This document shows, piece after piece, positions 58,589-64,000 of a stretch of 64,000 nucleotides of DNA; the stretch's first letter is position 1; every line of letters starts with the position of its first letter. Below the pieces are notes generated by a model. It was given only the letters and a program-made list of their open reading frames with translations, was not told the origin of the DNA and did not search any database. The stretch spans positions 7,017 through 71,016 of the forward strand of contig JAZNBT010000055.1 in NCBI GenBank assembly GCA_045587165.1, in the 5' to 3' direction. The translations under genes were made by a program, and so were the position numbers. Source of the DNA: Alphaproteobacteria bacterium. Lineage in GTDB: Bacteria; Pseudomonadota; Alphaproteobacteria; CAAGCB01; CAG-977.

Positions 58589-60331
58589 ATGCGGAAAAGT
58601 AAAGAAATGTTCAGCCTTATCCCCTTTTTAAAAGAATATAAAAAAGAATGCCTGATCGGCCCGTTGTTTAAACTTCTGGAAGCCTGCTTTGAATTGATCG
58701 TTCCTCTGATTATGGCCGGAATTATTGATGTCGGGATTAAAAACGCCGATACGGCATATATTTATAAAATGGGCGGAATAATGGTGTTTTTGGGGTTATT
58801 GGGATTGATTTGTTCTTTAACGGCTCAGTATTTCGCGGCCAAGGCGTCCATGGGATTCGGAACGTCTTTGCGCAGTGCGCTGTTTCGTCATATTTCGGCA
58901 TTGTCTTCCGGCGAGCTTGATGAAATCGGCACGCCGTCTTTGATTACGCGGCTGACCGGCGATATTAATCAGGCGCAGTCCGGCGTTAATCTGGTGTTGA
59001 GGCTGTTTTTGCGTTCGCCCTTCATTGTTGTCGGAGCGATTATCATGGCCTTTTTCGTTGACGTGAAATTGGCTGTCATCTTCTTAGTCGCCACCCCTTT
59101 GATCGGGGCTGTTATTTATTTTGTAATGTTCGGATCCATTCCGTACTATAAAAAAATTCAATCGGTTATGGATCGGATTTCTTTGCTGACGCGGGAAAAT
59201 CTGACGGGTGTTCGTATCATTCGCGCTTTTTCAAAACAGCATGAAGAAATAAAAAATTTTAAAACCACTTGCGAAACGTTGATGGACGAACAAATTTTGG
59301 CAGGCAAAATCGCGGCGCTGTTAAATCCGGCGACGTATGTCGTCGTGAACGCGGCCGTAATCGCGATCATATGGGGAGGAGGATTTCAGGTTGATGCCGG
59401 TGATTTAACTCAAGGTGAAGTGATCGCTTTGGTTAATTATATGTCGCAGATTTTATTGGCTTTGGTCGCTTTGGCTAATTTAATCGTTGTTTTTACAAAG
59501 GCTTCCGCTTCAGCCGTTCGTATTAAAGAAGTCTTTGAAATTCTGCCGACCGTTGTCGAAAAGGATCATGCGGTCGAATTTCCTTCCGCCGTTTTTCGCG
59601 TGATATTTGATAACGTTTCTTTTGCTTATAAAGGGTCGGAGGTAGAAGCTTTAAGCAATATTTCTTTTGCCGTTCCCGTCGGTTCAACCGTCGGCGTGAT
59701 CGGCGGAACGGGATCGGGAAAAACGACGCTGATTAATTTATTGGCGCGTTTTTATGATGTCACGAAAGGTCGTGTTTTAATCGACGGCATTGATGTCAAA
59801 GAATGTTCCTTTGCCGATTTACGTAAAAAAATCGGTATCGTGCCTCAAAAATCCGTTTTGTTTAAGGGTACGATACGTGAAAATATGCGTTGGGGAAAGA
59901 ATGACGCTTCTGACGCCGAAATCAAACAAGCGTTAAAAATTGCGCAAGGATGGGATTTCGTTCAATCAAAGCCTGACGGACTGGATACAAAAGTTACGCA
60001 GGGCGGTAAGAATTTGTCCGGCGGACAAAGACAGCGTTTGACGATTGCGCGCGCTTTAACCGCCCGCCCCGAAATTCTGATTTTGGATGACAGCGCTTCG
60101 GCTTTGGATTTTGCGACGGATGCCAAATTGCGCAAAGCGATTAAAAACGAAACGAAAGGCATGACGGTATTTCTGGTTTCTCAACGTGTATCAACTTTAA
60201 GAAACGCCGACTTCATTATCGTTTTAGACGACGGTAAAGCCGTCGGCATAGGCAAACATGACGATTTGTTTGAAAATTGTCCCGTTTATCGTGAAATTTG
60301 CCTTTCCCAACAGGAAAAGGAGGAAGCGTAA
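58589..60331 (+). CDS. ABC transporter permease/ATP-binding protein (type I exporter half-transporter), subunit 1
   Basis: 580 aa. Six-TM domain followed by an NBD with Walker A GGTGSGKTT, signature LSGGQRQR and Walker B ILILDD. Confidence 0.88.
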   Translation: MRKSKEMFSLIPFLKEYKKECLIGPLFKLLEACFELIVPLIMAGIIDVGIKNADTAYIYKMGGIMVFLGLLGLICSLTAQYFAAKASMGFGTSLRSALFRHISALSSGELDEIGTPSLITRLTGDINQAQSGVNLVLRLFLRSPFIVVGAIIMAFFVDVKLAVIFLVATPLIGAVIYFVMFGSIPYYKKIQSVMDRISLLTRENLTGVRIIRAFSKQHEEIKNFKTTCETLMDEQILAGKIAALLNPATYVVVNAAVIAIIWGGGFQVDAGDLTQGEVIALVNYMSQILLALVALANLIVVFTKASASAVRIKEVFEILPTVVEKDHAVEFPSAVFRVIFDNVSFAYKGSEVEALSNISFAVPVGSTVGVIGGTGSGKTTLINLLARFYDVTKGRVLIDGIDVKECSFADLRKKIGIVPQKSVLFKGTIRENMRWGKNDASDAEIKQALKIAQGWDFVQSKPDGLDTKVTQGGKNLSGGQRQRLTIARALTARPEILILDDSASALDFATDAKLRKAIKNETKGMTVFLVSQRVSTLRNADFIIVLDDGKAVGIGKHDDLFENCPVYREICLSQQEKEEA

Positions 60332-62067
60332 TGCAAAAACAGAATTTGTTAAAGCGGCTTCTTTCTTTTACCCGTCCTTATCTGCTTTATTTGATTCTGG
60401 CATTGATTTTGGCTGTTTTCAGCGTATCTTTGGCACTCTATGCGCCTGTGCTGACCGGTCGGGCTATTGATTTGGTCGTCGGTCGGGGGCAAGTGAATTT
60501 TGAAGCTTTAAAATCTGTTTTATTTACGCTTGGAACGGTTGTTGCCGCAACGTCGTTCAGTCAATGGCTGATGGGATTGTTTACCAATAAAATCACATAC
60601 CTGAGTGTGCGTGATATTCGTGTCAAAGCTTTTGAACGTTTGCAAAAAGTGCCGTTGCGATTTGTTGATTCGAATGCGCACGGCGATATTCTCAGCCGCG
60701 TTATCGTTGATGCGGAACAGGTGGCCGATGGTTTGTTGATGGGATTTACGCAGTTGTTTACCGGAATCGTGACGATTTTCGGAACGATCGGGTTTATGCT
60801 GGCGATTAATGTCAAAATTACGCTGTTGGTTGTTTTTGTGACCCCGCTTTCTTTGTTTGTTGCTCATTTTATTGCCAAACGGACGTTCAATCTGTTTAAA
60901 CTGCAATCCGAAACGCGCGGCGAAATGACGGCAATGATTGAAGAAAACGTCGGAAACATGAAATTGGTCAAAGCGTTCGGACGGGAATCGGCGTCAATCG
61001 CAAAGTTTGAAGAAATCAACGGTCGTCTGCGCATCTGCGGGATAAAGGCTTTATTCTTTTCTTCTATCACGAATCCGTGTACGCGGTTTGTCAACGGAGT
61101 CGTATATACGTTGGTCGGTATTGTCGGGGCATTGTCGGCAGTGGCCGGTGCGTTAAGCGTCGGACAGTTATCCTGCTTTTTAAGCTATGCAAATCAATAT
61201 ACGAAGCCGTTTAACGAAATTTCGGGCGTTATTGCCGAATTGCAAAGCGCTTTGGCTTCCGCGAAAAGGCTGTTTGAAATTATCGATACCGAGCCTGAGG
61301 CGCCGGATTCGAAAGACGCTTCCGTATTAACAAGGGCGGACGGATCGGTTTTTTTGGAAAAAGTTTCGTTTTCTTATGTGCCGGAAATTAAATTAATCGA
61401 GGATTTAAATCTGTCCGTGCAATCCGGTCAAAAAATAGCGATTGTCGGAAGGACGGGCTGCGGAAAAACGACTTTGATCAATTTATTAATGCGTTTTTAT
61501 GACGTTAATGCCGGTCGTATTGTCGTCAGCGGCAAAGAAATCAAAGAATTGACACGCGACAGTTTGCGTGCGTCATTCGGTATGGTATTGCAGGATACAT
61601 GGCTGAAATCGGGTACAATCCGAGAAAATATCGCGTACGGCCGGCCGAATGCGTCCGATTATGAAATTGTCAGCGCGGCCGTTGCGGCGCATGCCGACGG
61701 TTTTATCAAACGTTTGCCGAACGGGTATGATACGCCGATAGCCGAAGACGGCGGCAATCTTTCTCAAGGACAAAAACAGTTGTTGTGCATCGCGCGCGCG
61801 ATGCTTTCCCTGCCGCCCATGCTGATTTTGGATGAAGCGACCAGCTCGATAGACACGCGTACGGAAATTCATGTTCAAAAAGCATTTGATGAAATGATGC
61901 GGGGGCGGACAAGTTTTGTCGTTGCGCACCGGTTGTCGACAATCAGACGGGCGGATCAGATTTTGGTAATGGATGCCGGACGGATCATAGAGCAGGGAAA
62001 CCATTTGGAACTGCTTGCAAAAAAAGGATTTTACGCCGAACTGTACAACAGTCAGTTCGCCGTTTGA
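60331..62067 (+). CDS. ABC transporter permease/ATP-binding protein (type I exporter half-transporter), subunit 2
   Basis: Walker A GRTGCGKTT, signature LSQGQKQL, Walker B LILDEA. Start at the ATG overlapping the upstream stop; the track ORF starts 33 nt earlier. Confidence 0.88.
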   Translation: MQKQNLLKRLLSFTRPYLLYLILALILAVFSVSLALYAPVLTGRAIDLVVGRGQVNFEALKSVLFTLGTVVAATSFSQWLMGLFTNKITYLSVRDIRVKAFERLQKVPLRFVDSNAHGDILSRVIVDAEQVADGLLMGFTQLFTGIVTIFGTIGFMLAINVKITLLVVFVTPLSLFVAHFIAKRTFNLFKLQSETRGEMTAMIEENVGNMKLVKAFGRESASIAKFEEINGRLRICGIKALFFSSITNPCTRFVNGVVYTLVGIVGALSAVAGALSVGQLSCFLSYANQYTKPFNEISGVIAELQSALASAKRLFEIIDTEPEAPDSKDASVLTRADGSVFLEKVSFSYVPEIKLIEDLNLSVQSGQKIAIVGRTGCGKTTLINLLMRFYDVNAGRIVVSGKEIKELTRDSLRASFGMVLQDTWLKSGTIRENIAYGRPNASDYEIVSAAVAAHADGFIKRLPNGYDTPIAEDGGNLSQGQKQLLCIARAMLSLPPMLILDEATSSIDTRTEIHVQKAFDEMMRGRTSFVVAHRLSTIRRADQILVMDAGRIIEQGNHLELLAKKGFYAELYNSQFAV

Positions 62068-62087
62068 AAACGCTCGGATATTTTGGA

Positions 62088-62846
62088 TTAAAGACCTCGT
62101 TGTCCGTTTTGAAATAATTTTGTTTGAACGTTACGGAGTGCCGTTTGTTCTTTGTTAATATCGGTTAAAGCCTGATGCAGGGATTTTCCTTTTGTCTCCG
62201 TTTTATCGTCGGCGACAAAGGAAAGCGCTTTTTTCCCGACGGTCAAAAAATCGTTTCCGAGATCTTTAAGCGCTTGTTTGGCGGTTTTTCTTCCGTCAAT
62301 AACGTCTTTGAACGTTTCTTTTAACGCATTCATTTCGGGGATGGCGACCAAAGCCGTTGCCGCGGCTCGCGTGACGAAACCTCCGTTTATCATTCCGGAC
62401 AATCCGAAAATGAATGCACCGGTTCCTAAAGCCGTATCGGTCAAGGCTTTTTTTGTTTCTTGCGGGTGTTTTTTCATATATCCGAATAATCCCGAAACCT
62501 TTCCTTTTTTGCGTTCTTCTTCTGCGTTTTTTAACAAAGGTTTCATAGCTTGAGCAGTGTGCACGGCTCCTAAAGTCGCCATTCCCAAACTGCCGAACTG
62601 TCCGGCGACATAAAGTTTGCCTAATCCGAGAGAAATATCGCGAACCTTTGTGTATTTTTTGCCCAGTTTGCTTGTCATGGACAAATCAAATGCCGTTATC
62701 TTTTCTGTCATTTTTTTTAAAAGAGGAGAGGATTCGATAACATCGTTTCTTTTCTGTTTCATTCTGCGGTGAAACTTCATCGCCTGCTGTGTTGCCTCAG
62801 CGGCAAAATTTTCTAAATTTTCAAGTTTTAAAGGAAATAAAGTCAT
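62088..62846 (-). CDS. Hypothetical glycine-zipper protein, tandem paralog 1
   Basis: About 45% identity to the neighbouring paralog. GxxxG-rich amphipathic segment LGTGAFIFGLSGMINGG. Start uncertain (62846 or 62897). Confidence 0.4.
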   Translation of the reverse strand: MTLFPLKLENLENFAAEATQQAMKFHRRMKQKRNDVIESSPLLKKMTEKITAFDLSMTSKLGKKYTKVRDISLGLGKLYVAGQFGSLGMATLGAVHTAQAMKPLLKNAEEERKKGKVSGLFGYMKKHPQETKKALTDTALGTGAFIFGLSGMINGGFVTRAAATALVAIPEMNALKETFKDVIDGRKTAKQALKDLGNDFLTVGKKALSFVADDKTETKGKSLHQALTDINKEQTALRNVQTKLFQNGQRGL

Positions 62847-63004
62847 TTTTTTCTTTGCCTCGGCGCTTTGATAAGCAAAACAATCGATTTGAAACAAATC
62901 AATTATAAATACTATAAGAATTTCGGAAAAGAAGCATCAAAAAATATTTGTCGAGCATTTTTTGAACAAAGAAACGAGTTATTCAATAAACGGATTGTCG
63001 TTTT

Positions 63005-63874
63005 TTATTGTGTTGCTTCGTTTTTCTTTAAAACGGCCAACGTGATTTTGTTTTTTTGCGCTTTTTGTGCCGCCGCTTTATCCAAAGAGGCTTTGTCCAG
63101 TATTACATGTTGCAGACTTTTGGCCGGTATGTGTTTCGGTGCCGCGATACAAGGAGAGGGCGGACATCTGTCCGCCTTTGCGACGGGAACGGCGACATCC
63201 GCACTGGCGGTTCCGCCGAGGTCGGCATGCTCATAATCCCAATCGCTGCCGGCGACAAACGCTCCGGCGCTTAAACCGACGGTTGCAATATCATTGATGA
63301 TATTTTTAAAAGGCGCTTCCCCTTTTATCCATTGTTTGGTTGTTTCTTTCAGAGATTTTACTTCGGGGATGATGACTAAAGCGGCGACACCTGCACGAGA
63401 ACATAGTTTTGCCCCTGTCGCGTGCGCCAGTCCGCAACCGATCACTGCCGCTCCCAAAGAGGCGGAAAGCATTGTTTTTGCACAGTTTTTAGGGTTCTTT
63501 TTTATAAAATCCAAAATGCCGGATACTTGCCCCGCTTCCCGCTGTTCTTTTGCGGCTTTTATCATTGGTTTAATGGCTTTTACGGTATTAATTGTTCCTA
63601 ATGCAATCAACCCCGGCGCCCCTAATTGACCGGCCAGATAAAATTTCCCGACACCAACGGCGATATTACGTATTTTTGTATAATTTTTCCCAAATCGTTC
63701 GGTCATTTTCTGATCAAATTCGGTGATTTTTTCTTTTGTTTTTTTCAGTAAAGGAACGGATTCGATAACGCCGTTTTTCTTTTGAGTTAAACGGCGGTGA
63801 ATCATCATTGCTTTTTGCGTGGAATTTGCCGCAAAAGATTCTACTGTCGATTGTGAGATTGATAGTTTAACCAT
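63005..63874 (-). CDS. Hypothetical glycine-zipper protein, tandem paralog 2 (with Pro/Ala-rich C-terminal extension)
   Basis: 289 aa. Shared motifs HRR, VIES.PLLKK..EKIT.FD, NYTK.R.I..G.GK.Y.AGQ.G, and glycine zipper LGAAVIGCGLAHATG. Confidence 0.4.
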   Translation of the reverse strand: MVKLSISQSTVESFAANSTQKAMMIHRRLTQKKNGVIESVPLLKKTKEKITEFDQKMTERFGKNYTKIRNIAVGVGKFYLAGQLGAPGLIALGTINTVKAIKPMIKAAKEQREAGQVSGILDFIKKNPKNCAKTMLSASLGAAVIGCGLAHATGAKLCSRAGVAALVIIPEVKSLKETTKQWIKGEAPFKNIINDIATVGLSAGAFVAGSDWDYEHADLGGTASADVAVPVAKADRCPPSPCIAAPKHIPAKSLQHVILDKASLDKAAAQKAQKNKITLAVLKKNEATQ

Positions 63875-63883
63875 CTTTTTTAT

Positions 63884-64000
63884 CCTTGTAACACGGCGCT
63901 TAACAGTTTTTCATATTCCGCATGCAGTTGTTCTTTTGTTTTTTCTGTCGGCAATGTTTCTGTAAAAGCTTTGTCGGCAACAAACATTAATACCAGATTG
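63884..64000 (-). CDS. Partial CDS (C-terminal 38 aa only; runs off the window end)
   Basis: Minus-strand frame reads ...LVLMFVADKAFTETLPTEKTKEQLHAEYEKLLSAVLQG* with no stops up to the window edge. Confidence 0.25.

Overview
The window reads as an origin-proximal stretch of a low-GC (about 45-50%) flagellated alphaproteobacterial-type chromosome. Roughly the first 42 kb is densely packed core genes in syntenies known from E. coli and Caulobacter: rho; hisB; hslVU; rsmG-parA-parB preceded by two exact consensus parS palindromes, with a third copy inside yggS; yraN/rsmI divergent from an LpoA-like lipoprotein; hemW-rdgB-rph; hrcA-grpE; proC; hldD; lgt; prs-rplY-pth-ychF; leuS-lptE-holA; purB; miaA; and mreBCD-mrdA-rodA. 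From about 42.4 kb the content turns accessory. On the minus strand, tRNA-Arg(TCT) is followed by a small polytopic membrane protein, a very AT-rich GT8 glycosyltransferase with a eukaryote-style N-terminal signal anchor, an intergenic G13 homopolymer flanked by perfect 18-bp direct repeats, and two secreted cysteine-rich paralogous proteins, one carrying a mucin-like poly-Thr tract. I regard this block as the most likely novel system in the window: a tRNA-linked, candidate phase-variable surface or secreted glycoprotein module. After a rubrerythrin come two tandem paralogous subtilisin-like (peptidase S8) autotransporters of about 1150 aa each, with Tyr/Arg-rich 72-bp tandem repeats in the linker. 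They are followed by an isolated fliO-fliP/FlhB-C-like flagellar export fragment, a convergent HAD-IIB-like phosphatase plus unknown 420-aa protein pair, a heterodimeric ABC exporter pair, and tandem paralogous glycine-zipper proteins. I saw no CRISPR array, integrase, transposase or rRNA. All calls rest on motif and synteny recognition by eye; no searches were run.
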